Below are positions 12,001 to 18,490 of a DNA stretch of 64,000 nt, one piece after another (position 1 is the first letter of the stretch; each line of letters starts with the position of its first letter). Location: positions 31,070 through 95,069 of the IMG/VR virus record IMGVR_UViG_3300028886_000070, one strand, 5' to 3'. The notes under the pieces are model-generated. The model worked only from the letters and a program-made list of their open reading frames with translations, was not told the DNA's origin and ran no database searches. The position numbers and the translations under genes were made by a program. Source of the stretch: a virus (lineage: Duplodnaviria > Caudoviricetes).

Positions 12001-13272
12001 GGCCCCCGCGGCGGCCGCGACGAGCGGCTGGGCGGCGTAGGCGTTCGGGGCCATGAGGAGGGCGCCCTTTATCGGGGCCTCGACGAAGAACGTGCCGACG
12101 GCGTCGGCGAGCGCGCGGCCCGCCTTCGTGTGGTTCGTGAAGAGGACGGTGGACTCCTCCGCGCCCCACGTGCCGAAGTCCATGAGGCCACGGGAGACGT
12201 TCTGCCCGAGCCACTGGGTGAAGCGGTTGAGGTTGTTGCGCATCGCGCCGTGCGCGTTGCGGGCGAGCATCTGCGCGAACTCGTGCTCCGCCCTCGCCTT
12301 CGCCATCGACTGAATGGCCTCGGCGGACATCCCCTTGTACATGGGGTTGCCGGTCATCGTCTTCGACGCGACGAGCCCGGCGACGCGGTTCACGATGCGC
12401 TCGCGCGCCTCGCCCTCCGCGATGCCGGCGAAGGTCTTCCCGGCGGCCTTCTCGACGGACTCGCGCGCGAAGTGCTCGGTGGCCTCGCGGGCGAGCGTCT
12501 TGGAGGCGCGGGTCATCCCGAGGTGGATCGCCTCCTTCGAGCCTCCGTAGAGCGCGGTGCGCGCCGCGCCGAGCGTGCCGCCGCTCGCGAGGAACTCGAC
12601 CATGAAGCCCGGGGCGGCGCGGATGATGTCGCCGACCGTCGCGCCCCAGGAGCCGTTCGAGCGGTACTCCTGCTCGGCCATGTAGAGGCGCGTCTTGATG
12701 AGCTCGTCGTCCGAGACGGGTTCGCCGTCCTGGAGCTTCTTCATCGTCTCGTTCACTGTCACGGCGTCGGCGATGGAGCCGCCGACGGAGGCGACGAGCC
12801 CGAGGAACGGGAGGTCGGACCACTGGAAGTCGGTGATGGCGTCGAGGAACCCGCGCTTCACGCCGCGCCGGTTCTTCTCGCCGAGCTCGAGGAGCCTGCG
12901 CCCCGCCTCCGTCTTCTGGAGGGTCTCGGCGGCGATCTCCTTGCCGAACACGCTCAGGCCGGCCACGGTGTCGGCGGTGTAGTCCGCCGTCATCCCGGTG
13001 CGCTCGCCGTAGCGGACGGTCTTCTCGCCGAACGGGTCGGTGTCGAGCTGGAAGATGTCGCTCGCCCTGCCGATCCTCTTCGCGGCGGGGTCGGGCCCGT
13101 CGGCGTAGTTCACCTGGGGCACGAGGGGCTCCTCGGCCTGCGCGAGGAGGTCGGGCTCGCGGTTGGGCGAGGAGAGCCAGGACATGTGGGCGGAGTACAG
13201 GGAGTCTTCCGCGGGCGGAACGGAAGAGCCGAGGCCCCCGAAGGCGCCCGGCGCGTCGTCATTCAATGCCAT
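1..13272 (-). CDS. Giant virion protein, putative virion-encapsidated RNA polymerase (double-psi beta-barrel, crAss/phi14:2 gp66-like); 3' end outside window
   Basis: ATG at 13272 follows GAAGGAGGA RBS and a promoter. The track lists no stop-terminated ORF in this frame and spot translations are open, so it is >=4424 aa. Motifs: GLPRTPSYNGS (R~3344), NAILGCDHDGDKTKLY (D~3402-3406, nt 3055-3069), LKAH...GKSLS...SYKIG lysines (nt 4530-4725). Confidence 0.8.
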   Translation of the reverse strand, partial: MALNDDAPGAFGGLGSSVPPAEDSLYSAHMSWLSSPNREPDLLAQAEEPLVPQVNYADGPDPAAKRIGRASDIFQLDTDPFGEKTVRYGERTGMTADYTADTVAGLSVFGKEIAAETLQKTEAGRRLLELGEKNRRGVKRGFLDAITDFQWSDLPFLGLVASVGGSIADAVTVNETMKKLQDGEPVSDDELIKTRLYMAEQEYRSNGSWGATVGDIIRAAPGFMVEFLASGGTLGAARTALYGGSKEAIHLGMTRASKTLAREATEHFARESVEKAAGKTFAGIAEGEARERIVNRVAGLVASKTMTGNPMYKGMSAEAIQSMAKARAEHEFAQMLARNAHGAMRNNLNRFTQWLGQNVSRGLMDFGTWGAEESTVLFTNHTKAGRALADAVGTFFVEAPIKGALLMAPNAYAAQPLVAAAAGADRTVSQSELSLRQSALMTGNRELMENAESIAFGMNLLEYVSENTGRGLKSLVRAAGLGLENAGMRGLVRPASSEILGIVPTEGETAVAFGGKIRQWIGDVFGSRESFLKKAQGQKADAVIRALGVTAEADRSAIRTAVMSGSSSGLRQELRDAVGGNVEAFAQKALKKMYDDGVKDLQYKSYARFAVANWMAKHQIGPETVMNMYEQMGYDGILGEMFEERYSDVVKGMLGLDDRAEHDFFSNLKEAVKGLYPGWDQLTAEAVGFAMPMVTRAATLRLQSAVGGGGKLQEIRARLAGIEDALRHDSVVSMKFGTYLAAHDAMAEQDRREVAELQARLDEADAAGDKETADSIRSEIETREKVSTRREERHQKFLGTLSDAAKANADSIVNVPLLASQQLASDEIEGRTPALSSEQAGETLEGQAAMVDYAPELARVLYEAEAPLEGEDPTWFRKAAHKIVGLAGAVVSGDMSLAATNPAQWTARDMGLSANVCRALKEGFRAEWRRQADVLRDRMAAEAAAAGRGNGSFSPSRKAVTDAAAEAFAGRAKQIMGAYLAAHQLRSFSDGRIRDQALAHVAKSEGLEHVTAEDGSVSFVRFDEAAGAFDQDSAVSASDFYESHRDAVDRTAEKLAIATADILTRRLTKSFDADMRILNMVRLPASSDMVDAAIYDCALHMIGGQNLAYVQNIDGEVPLREAIYSSSVGRVSMPVVDYLAKFDSVDHPDLDRRALESVAWSLNLRFDGTAAGLAERDRKILNMAKLATMLDRGDLRHFAKTTRATEDDLRVHSTGAAELTARETEDGRFEVDFGIKTVNGRAERDLRTFDDEEALRQEMSRLGYAPTKARILLSQAKVVECTDMFKMIRELDLAPDYIAALGENAPRARLHPMLRRKADGHFVDEDWARERLARELSIASHWDPEAQVVIGDAGVSDKTVRSTWMNVWGPNGYMRVGERLLADRKVSVDTMSKYAGEFSAYSPKKYTLSVNVGKLSANSSDIVVPVDPSVNPDMTSGLVNAVLMRAYASHGRLIRNALNGVVSDFVHEVDAIAETAMQEARDANDTELVRSLAAFRRECTAEVDREATTSDGRTVVRRGVGLTPTGFVTLAGAFCAYQDRKYAESPYLRAVAKIAPAVRRAASFMDFTNLVDLTLGGNGFLDAAVENAAGGVADAGSQRGIRQLMSYAAGNPNALRDAVRESLPGGLGYTAFLNGCITRLSSMAKSGAPVITEEEKEALRSSARQAESGEPDAALLGHYTFVGQLYGVVRKVLDSGRDVPAATAEFFRQVAEDALASDSGSTEQQRIALRASVREMKKAATVDESLNEYARVKAQYEDAARQVETLRGQVVGLRRQLLEARRGRAEAPAPGAIADAQTALDSAANDLTEKKRALDEATKPVQSVLKGGRSAAADGARNASDNGTADDGESFSTMYGEEEPAPLPSAFGTRARSEERAFSERYGAETIEGRRMTRSQARLAVNVCVRSALSLGEGVSEETVAETARRMFPALADEELDDIRVAYRVADAARIRANAGWDGFVVSGAKWRFSQEEKESEDVSSDNFNDQALAEYNSEAMEDFLALAQRVSPETGRNLQGFLRLAREASRMGVDRAAELAEDYPDEARDAIGFLFRLLNPKMNPAGRTQAEHDALHRETLLEFDSADSPADRHVKALLADAGGYPLSRRGAFLVAYLSALPREARIRFGKLMAHSVAASPIRLNRETGRMAPAFRAAHGKVGENIVTNGFAAIVGKSRQELRDAADRLRTLVGELRDTGEFAALGQGSSARSVLERNASLVAEILASEFGTESPLYSALASGLAHNAWADLTEKRIRDLAASVSFRENKKGAAEDIDLVETVCSTLDALAESGSGPVRRSEVATAFTAAFATGNPRRSSLREAKRSPSISDPLMTFLTTFSDALPTTIMTAEIDPERDSEGSSVVISPRDLVPIVAKWLYKDGKLGGVSFAEVCERAFGVTDPAEINRCRQDACWPDARHTPICAKNVSASYDSVELREACRKAYADTSQPVYWVQVFSGDHGSSTLLQVPRAVRILPDGSFLPSAQDQTPEDNPTYRERKGRTGSHVLPSTGNRHKAKDQAKFNQLGGITRFIGFGSGSTAAYAEHFADIANTGRYTSQDVVGVSINGRRKDRVGIDDPSLRAELDAATKAGAVIVADAKAYRSSSSYNVGEKELEQYLGSNGYAEIEGSGIWVPEGRDTATYDQLAKGVSKAIGLDRMFTDAKRSAISSLEAQGTGMIGVETQAVEPPAPEGEPVKAVLKGSTLYDEKGLYVLALPATVKKLAALDPGGTLTQKFTPASKGRENARGLGASAVVEHEGRVYQVSYDVGEDGLANSVTYTRVDGRPPEVKRRFGENRVHILKIRRSERMADAKAQKKFDKLAAEAWKGSTFMRGYGAQALKEMAQDPRSATLKAHVVSTQGEDLFFGKSLSVATGEEGGQFLEGSSERLVMDYLEKWRGSDKLSTDFLTDFDSYKIGVANSKALRVGGKAVMEHVFSVLESLAASGVKFDRMTGDELDEKVGPLRVEDLAEGTVRDVKLSELMPGVVANSVDGFDGETAIDLSYQENGAMAYTVANVSHTSGIPAEPGRAARNYEVDAVTMATALTRGGWMGEDGTTVPELLDLVANWGLVAGTVYSDPRMAASLRRQSQSLLELARYGESPRGQNALEELARMVWSKTRQASNLPLSGIDAPLVSSGSFCDDEGNVFCHSKSPMHRAMMQGSTLFTEDEARFFGVPRRVALCNVNVRSNGFRYGWFLDEEAFESSEAFAADIAAAELDAAGSPGADTRGHVRALALGRAFTRLRDLQRRAEPGREGADEAKAEAKKLREAIAGVFLDHHGQKISEHGDRYVERFGIEDLFMRDADRGRGDVFDLSAVQFGDDAVTLDADGKSHLFLGGTMFGLPRTPSYNGSMWLQVVRAGLPVTEIEYEGTDSEGKAAKRWKVGRDAMVSPDPTTNAILGCDHDGDKTKLYMLTVDADGSTRFSNPPAPSADASTFASDPSARDRYLGDLAAAGFLQKTVWNDEEQREEDVPDGESPEGWYYRVAEPVRRRVSNSFVRGLFSMARRLPTDAEEIGADGRARVVPRASEKGGARRKFLGGIASRPTNPFPTSNKDAVMEHALPPVLDADHTIGDPETASVASAAALDASKARGVIVSLARSLHLAWTSGFFTSGDMSLFNGDESPADWFRFMYHVDGLSNATFDDLKEQMCGRLGWTSGMMDTVITELLINRPGGGRLPVTDEDFAKVLASYSSEVKSKGRFWQMLRASRVGDMDARRYVCSAVLGGGDRLYRSNVVDAFGIEGSGTAKDPWRASGDPSTYGAALVAAVESVADGLAEGGGRKAVSAIVEGVARGRGSNPMAGYVAWLVREELGLEKGESGATAMPDGSSQDIVAALAASPRVRDFAEWILKRQVLMSARSFGNSVNYLVADPGDDMATGRRDRTVQAFKSVVQRLGDDAASRDRAVLMLPNGRTYDLMSAFERMHAATRLSYEIGDGLRTVAARAITAAERRFSQTFPEQFRDAAEDVPGKRRALAKLLLRDGLDSWDRLALQSNAQQLPYVCGLFRSMADLSVEVGDTFVADGRGLYSALKAIASGARDALQWASPNGDFSLDPGVLEMRQGIEAMFTLMYELMSTSREYNRPDGNKAIAYVRLAPDRAYGEVEVEDERTGKPKTTLPYGEAGRGLSRLVANFQANDDESILRIRAMFAEVIAGAAFGGTRHHNEDAADASSIITRTFSLSRESIEQLVTEKLGRKFEGKSDEERLDALDPETRRVVVKARAALFRLEEVFGEGVAVTPSMMFGQLIPAYTVLTSRTLGAPTPQSPSIVNLLPARYYESLSDAEAELNAADEGFVDLLVSTDWAPKSLARRKRLAKIGAKAKRRLVADTSFSEEDYDSLAGYAADTAASLAGSDSFYPAVSGALARVRDKWRRGVSEGRENPDFRNSCDIFADDVFSDILDYMDGGWGDSYRRAASDSAPARA

Positions 13273-13322
13273 GAGGTTCCTCCTTCAGGCGGGTGCACGG
13301 CGTGGGAAAGTTCATGGGCGAT

Positions 13323-13351
13323 ATTATACCATAATCGCCCCGATTACTCAA
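13323..13351 (-). promoter_or_regulatory. sigma70-type promoter for the giant gene
   Basis: TTGAGT-N17-TATAAT with extended -10 (TGGTATAAT). Confidence 0.75.
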
Positions 13352-13361
13352 CCGCGCTTCG

Positions 13362-15440
13362 TCAGTCCTTCTGCTCTTCGCGCAGCTTGGCGGCGAGGGC
13401 GTCCTGCCGGGCCTTCATGTTCCACTCGTACTCCTTCGCGAGCCCGTCCTGGTCGGCCTGCACCTTGCGGAAGACCTCGGGGTCGGTGGAGTACCTTCCG
13501 CCGGTCGCCTGGTCGTAGTCGATCAGCTGGCGGCGGATGACGGGGAAGTTGAGCTCGGGGTCGCGCGCCTGCTTGCCGGTCCTCGGGTCGATCTCCCGGA
13601 CGTAGCCGGGCATCGTCACCATGGCGCGGCGCCACGCGGCGCGGTAGTCCTTGCCGGAGCGCTTCATGTCGTGGAGGATGGCGGCGAGGCCGGAGGCCCT
13701 CGACTGGGCGTCGGGCTCGGTCATGCCGTTGGCCATGTTGCGGCGGACGAGCTGGGCGCGCATGGCGCGGATGTCGTCGTCCGCCACGTTGCCGGCGACC
13801 CACGCCCTGTAGGCGGCGACGGCGGACGGGTACTGCCGGGCGAACGCGGGCTCCGCGTAGGCGAGGCGGGTGATCGTGTCCTGCACGTTCACGCCGGAGC
13901 CGTTCACGACGCCCTTGAGAATCTCGTCGGCGAGGATGCGGGAGGCGAGCCTCCCGGACTTGCCGTGGAAGGACGCGCCGATCGCGTCGGAGAGCCCCTC
14001 GCGCAGCTCCGCGTTCGACTCCCTGCGGGAGATCGCGGCGCGGAGCGCGGAGCCGACGTCGCGGTGCGACACGGCGTGCGGGACGGCGAAGCGGTAGAGG
14101 AACTCCTGCGCGTCGGAGGCGATGGCGTCCGCGCCCACGCAGCCGGACGTGCCGCCCGTGCGGCCCTCAACGGTGTTGCGCTCGCCGCGCCTGCCGGACA
14201 GGGACTCGACCGCCTCGGGCGTGAAGTCGCTGCCGCCGGTCACGAGGTTCGAGAGGCCGCGCCGGACGCCCCGGAGGGCGTGGACGATGTTGCCCGGCCT
14301 CTGCGGGAGGCCGGCCCCGGCGCGGAACGCGTAGTCGCCGATCTCGGCGTTCACGTTCTGGCCCGCGCCCTTCGCGGACGAGCGGATGTCCACGCCGTAG
14401 TCGAACGCGGCGCGGAACTCGTTCGCGGCCTCCTTGAAGGCCCTGCGGAAGGCGGGGTTCTCGAGGTCGATGTTCTGGCTGTTGGCGGCGAAGGTCTTGA
14501 CGGTGGAGAGGAGCGCGGCGTCGAACCAGCGGCGCTGGTCGCCCGTAATCTTCTTGTCCCCGAAGAGCGAGCCCGCGAGGTCGCTGTACAGGTTGAGCGT
14601 CCTGTCGGCCACGTCGCGGGGCGTGAGCCCGTCCGTGCGCATCGCCTGCGCGATGCCGACGATGGAGCGCAGGGCCTGCGGCGCGCCGCCGGACTCCTGG
14701 TGCGTCGAGTGGACGAAGTCCACGACGGACGCCGCGCCCTCGCCGAACGCGCCGCGCAGGTCGTCGCGGAGCTCCGCGACGGCGTTGGCGGTCTGCTTGA
14801 GCTGGAGGTGGTTCGGGACGACGCCCGCCGCCGTTCCCTTCGCGGACTCGTTGAGGAACGGGGTCACGAACGGGCGCATCATGGCGCGGTCGAGGTCGTC
14901 GAACTGGCGCGTCGCCGTGCCGTCCGCCGACGTCTCCGTGCGCCCGTAGAACATCCCGGCGATGGTGGAGTTGAAGCCGAGCCCCTCGAGGCTCGAGCGG
15001 TCCTTCACGAAGGAGCTGCCCGCGCCCAGCACCTCGCCGAGCGTCATGGTCTGGCCGTACGCCTTCACCTCCGCGCCGTCGAACCCGCCGGTCACGGCGA
15101 GCTGCGCGCGCTTCGCGAGCGCGTCCCCGAGCGCCCCGGCGTGCTTCGTCGCCGCGAGGTCGAGGAGGCCGTCCCTGTTGCGGGCGACCGTGTCCTGGAG
15201 CTCGTCGTAGTACTGCTTCGCCTCGGCGAACGCCCCGGAGTTGACGAGCGACTGGAGCTTCGTCACGTAGCGGTCCATGTTCCAGGCGAAGCCCGACACG
15301 GAGCCGCCGCTGGCGATGTCGTCGCGCAGGGCCGCCTCCCTCGCGTCCGCCTCGTGCATCGAGGGGAGCGGAGGCGGCTGGAGCGACTTCACGTAGCGGT
15401 CGACGTACCTGTCGGGGGTGTCTATGGGTTCGTATGCCAT
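13362..15440 (-). CDS. Putative internal virion/ejection protein (692 aa)
   Basis: Clean ORF with RBS (GGAGGGAAG). Helical and Ala/Gly-rich, adjacent to the giant virion gene. Confidence 0.6.
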   Translation of the reverse strand: MAYEPIDTPDRYVDRYVKSLQPPPLPSMHEADAREAALRDDIASGGSVSGFAWNMDRYVTKLQSLVNSGAFAEAKQYYDELQDTVARNRDGLLDLAATKHAGALGDALAKRAQLAVTGGFDGAEVKAYGQTMTLGEVLGAGSSFVKDRSSLEGLGFNSTIAGMFYGRTETSADGTATRQFDDLDRAMMRPFVTPFLNESAKGTAAGVVPNHLQLKQTANAVAELRDDLRGAFGEGAASVVDFVHSTHQESGGAPQALRSIVGIAQAMRTDGLTPRDVADRTLNLYSDLAGSLFGDKKITGDQRRWFDAALLSTVKTFAANSQNIDLENPAFRRAFKEAANEFRAAFDYGVDIRSSAKGAGQNVNAEIGDYAFRAGAGLPQRPGNIVHALRGVRRGLSNLVTGGSDFTPEAVESLSGRRGERNTVEGRTGGTSGCVGADAIASDAQEFLYRFAVPHAVSHRDVGSALRAAISRRESNAELREGLSDAIGASFHGKSGRLASRILADEILKGVVNGSGVNVQDTITRLAYAEPAFARQYPSAVAAYRAWVAGNVADDDIRAMRAQLVRRNMANGMTEPDAQSRASGLAAILHDMKRSGKDYRAAWRRAMVTMPGYVREIDPRTGKQARDPELNFPVIRRQLIDYDQATGGRYSTDPEVFRKVQADQDGLAKEYEWNMKARQDALAAKLREEQKD

Positions 15441-15450
15441 CTTCCCTCCG

Positions 15451-15828
15451 TCAGCTGAAATAGTAGTTCTCCTTCAGCCGGAGCAGCGCGGAGCCGTCCC
15501 CGGCGGCGACTGCGCGGGCGAGGCTGCCCGACTCGGACTCCGAGAGCTTCCCGAACATGGACGAGCGGCGGGCGTCGGAGACCTCCTCCTCGCGCCCCTC
15601 CGAGCGGTTCATGCCGGCCATCATGTGCTTCGCCACGGCGTCGCCCCAGAACTGCGAGAGGACGGCGTCCTCCACGTCCGGGCGGAACGGGCCGGCCGCG
15701 GTCGCCGCGAGCGCCCTCACGTCGTCGAAGTCCATGTCGCCGAGCGTGCCGTCCGCGACGGCTCCGGCGATCGCGCCGGACGCCGCAGGGGCCATCGTGG
15801 CCTGTATCGCGAGGTCAACGCTGTCCAT
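15451..15828 (-). CDS. Hypothetical virion-module protein (125 aa)
   Basis: ORF with RBS (GAGGAGG), in operon. Confidence 0.6.
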   Translation of the reverse strand: MDSVDLAIQATMAPAASGAIAGAVADGTLGDMDFDDVRALAATAAGPFRPDVEDAVLSQFWGDAVAKHMMAGMNRSEGREEEVSDARRSSMFGKLSESESGSLARAVAAGDGSALLRLKENYYFS

Positions 15829-16876
15829 TCTTCCTCCTCTCGTCCTCGCCGGTCGACGGCGTGATCACGACCTCGCCGCGCCTCAAGGGCCGGTTCTCCG
15901 TCGGATGGGCGGGCGTTGGGAGCCCGTTCAGTCCGCCCGGCAGAATATACCCGTGCCCGGGCATGGACCACGAAGGCGGCCTGTTCCGGCGCTCGTCCAT
16001 GATCTCCTTGACGGACTTGTGCGTCGAGCCCTCCGGCGCGTTCGTCACCTTGTCCTTCTCCGACGCCGTCAGGTCGTCCCAGCTTTTGCCGGGGTACATC
16101 TTCTTCATGTTCTTCTCGGTGGACTGGAGGTAGCGGCCCCAGTCGGAGCCGAGCCCGTGCGGGAGCAGCTCGCCGTGGCCGATGTAGGTCGAGGCGTAGC
16201 GCGTCGCGGAGCCGTCGTCGAACGGCTTGAGCATGTCGAGGAACGAGGTCTGCGGGGGCGTGTAGCTGCCGTAGTTCTTGATATTGTAGTTGACGTGCCC
16301 GCCCGTGAACTGCCAGCCACCGGAGCGCACCTTGCGCGCCTCAGCGCGGTTCTCGCGGTCGATCTCGAAGGCGCGCTGCATCGTCAGCTGCATGCCGTAC
16401 TTCCAGAGGTCGCGGCGCATCTGCGCGTCCGCGTCCTCCGCCTGCGGCGACACTCCACCGGGGGCGACGGCGGGGCCGGCGAGCGTGCCAGCCTTGTGGC
16501 CGTCGTTCGCGGAAGGCGACGGGGTCACGGTCGCTGGGAGCGCCGGGAGTCTTGCCGCCGTAGCGGGAGCAGAAGGAACCACAGGGGTCGGCATCGGTGC
16601 AGCCAGCACGTCCGGGAGCGCCGAATTGCCGTACTCCGTTGCCGGAGTGGAACCCCACGTCCCGTCGGGGCGCCGTCTCAAGTCCGCGTGGACTACGGGA
16701 GACACTGGCGTCGAACCCGGCACAGTCACCGGTGCTCGTGGCGCGGGCGTAGGCGCTGGCAACGCGGGAAGGTCAGCGAACGCATCGCCAGACGTCTGCG
16801 GCGTCTGCGTCTGCGTCTGCGCCGGCTTTCGCTCACCCGGAAGCGGTGGCAGGTCGTTGAAGTTGAACCCCGCCAT
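15815..16876 (-). CDS. Pro-rich putative ejection/internal protein (353 aa)
   Basis: ORF with RBS (AGGAGGG). N-terminal F-x-D-L-P-x-L-P low-complexity repeats. Confidence 0.6.
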   Translation of the reverse strand: MAGFNFNDLPPLPGERKPAQTQTQTPQTSGDAFADLPALPAPTPAPRAPVTVPGSTPVSPVVHADLRRRPDGTWGSTPATEYGNSALPDVLAAPMPTPVVPSAPATAARLPALPATVTPSPSANDGHKAGTLAGPAVAPGGVSPQAEDADAQMRRDLWKYGMQLTMQRAFEIDRENRAEARKVRSGGWQFTGGHVNYNIKNYGSYTPPQTSFLDMLKPFDDGSATRYASTYIGHGELLPHGLGSDWGRYLQSTEKNMKKMYPGKSWDDLTASEKDKVTNAPEGSTHKSVKEIMDERRNRPPSWSMPGHGYILPGGLNGLPTPAHPTENRPLRRGEVVITPSTGEDERRKNGQR

Positions 16877-16878
16877 TA

Positions 16879-18480
16879 CTACCGCCCTCCTGCCGCCCTC
16901 TTCGAGTCAAGCGCCTTCTGGTAGCCCTCGAAGTCGAAGAATACCTGGTTCTCGATCGGTTGCTTGTTGAACCAGTCGACATACGGCTGGACACGCTGCT
17001 TGTCCTCATCGGACCATGTGTCGTACAGACCCTCAACACCGCTCGCCATCTGCGCGACACGGTTAGCGTTATCTTTAACGAGCTCCTTCATCGCCGGAAG
17101 GTTCTGCAACATCCCGAGGCGCTGGCGGTACACGTTGGTGTGATGTTCCGTCATCTTGTCGAGGTCGGCCCCGACGAGCCCGTTCGTGAGGGCCATGCCC
17201 TCGTCGTAGGACTTGCGAATCTGGCCGAGCAGGCCGTTCAGGGCCGTCGGCGACATGTCGGGAACCTCCGACGCCTGCTTCAGCGCGGCGGCGAGTGCCG
17301 TGCGCTCGGCGACGGCCTTCTGGATTCCCGGCAGCGAGGCGACGAGCTCGGGGCTCCAGCCGTCGTACTGCCCGCGCGTCGGCGCGAGGCCGGACGGGCG
17401 GCCGGTGGCTCCGGTCTGCAAGCCGGCAAAGAGGTTGGCGACGGCCGTGCCGATGAACGAGTCGCCCGGCCCCTTCGGGACCTGCGTGAAGGCGTCCACG
17501 ACGGCTCCGCCCGTATTGGGGTCGAGCCCGGTGTTCAAGAGCTTGTCGCCCGCATAGATCGCCCCGGCGGTCGCCGCGGCCTTCGCCCAGTTACTGCGCG
17601 GCACTCCCTTCGTCTCGGCCTTCCAGCCCTTGCCGAACGGGAGGCTGTTCACGAACGAGAGCCGCTCCGGCGTGTCGGGGGTGGCAGCGGCGGGCGCGCC
17701 CGACGCGGGAGGCGTCGAGCTCGGAGCCGAACTGCGGGGCGGGGTGTGGGTCGAGCCCCTCGATCCCGGCGCGGGAGTCCGCGAGGGGTTGCTCCCGGTG
17801 CGCGGCGTGGACGGCGTGGAAGTCGGCGTCGGCGATGTCATGCGCTGCCACGCCGGGGTGTTCCCCGCCTTCTGCGTGTCGCGCCACGCGAGCACCTGCT
17901 TCGCCTGGTCCTCCGTCATGGAAAACCCGAATCCCCTGGCGTGCGCCTGCACGTCGGCGGGATTTGTTGCATCTTTCAGCATGCGGTTCCACTTCGACTG
18001 GTCGTAGCCGCGGGACTGCTTCATGTTGCGGAAGAACGTCCAGTCCTCGCCGGTTGCGGCTGGGGCGGCTCCGGGCGCCGCAGGGGCGGCCGCGGGCTTC
18101 GCCGCGGGAGCGGCGGGGGCTGCGGCTGGCTTCGCCGCGGGAGCGGCGGGGGCTGCCGCCGTGCCCTGCGCGCGTGCCCTCGCCTTCGCCACGGCCTCCC
18201 TCGCGCCGCTGCGGGACGCCATCCTCTCGGCGCGGGCCGCGAGCTTCTCGGCGCGGTCTGCCGCGGAAGCGGCGCCGGACGCGGTCTTCGCGCCCTCCGC
18301 CGCCTTCGCCGCGGCTTCGGCCTTCGTGGCCGCGGTGGCCGCGGTCCTCGCCTTGGATGCCGTCTCGGCTGCCGCCTTGGCCTTGGCGGCGGCCTCCGCG
18401 GTGGCCTTGGCCTTGGCGGCGGCCTCCGCCGCCTGCCGCGCCTTCCTCACCGTCTTCGCTGCCTTTACTGGATTAGCCAT
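16879..18480 (-). CDS. Ala/Lys/Pro-rich putative internal virion protein (533 aa)
   Basis: RBS TAGGAG. N-terminal AAKA/AAPAAKP repeats. Confidence 0.6.
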   Translation of the reverse strand: MANPVKAAKTVRKARQAAEAAAKAKATAEAAAKAKAAAETASKARTAATAATKAEAAAKAAEGAKTASGAASAADRAEKLAARAERMASRSGAREAVAKARARAQGTAAAPAAPAAKPAAAPAAPAAKPAAAPAAPGAAPAATGEDWTFFRNMKQSRGYDQSKWNRMLKDATNPADVQAHARGFGFSMTEDQAKQVLAWRDTQKAGNTPAWQRMTSPTPTSTPSTPRTGSNPSRTPAPGSRGSTHTPPRSSAPSSTPPASGAPAAATPDTPERLSFVNSLPFGKGWKAETKGVPRSNWAKAAATAGAIYAGDKLLNTGLDPNTGGAVVDAFTQVPKGPGDSFIGTAVANLFAGLQTGATGRPSGLAPTRGQYDGWSPELVASLPGIQKAVAERTALAAALKQASEVPDMSPTALNGLLGQIRKSYDEGMALTNGLVGADLDKMTEHHTNVYRQRLGMLQNLPAMKELVKDNANRVAQMASGVEGLYDTWSDEDKQRVQPYVDWFNKQPIENQVFFDFEGYQKALDSKRAAGGR

Positions 18481-18490
18481 GCCGTTTCTC

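Noticed and set aside
781-13518. Very long plus-strand ORFs (810, 2620, 743 aa) and the minus-strand 2554-aa ORF
   Set aside because: Antisense or off-frame shadows of the giant minus-strand gene in high-GC DNA. They are Arg/Ala/Gly-rich with no RBS or motifs.
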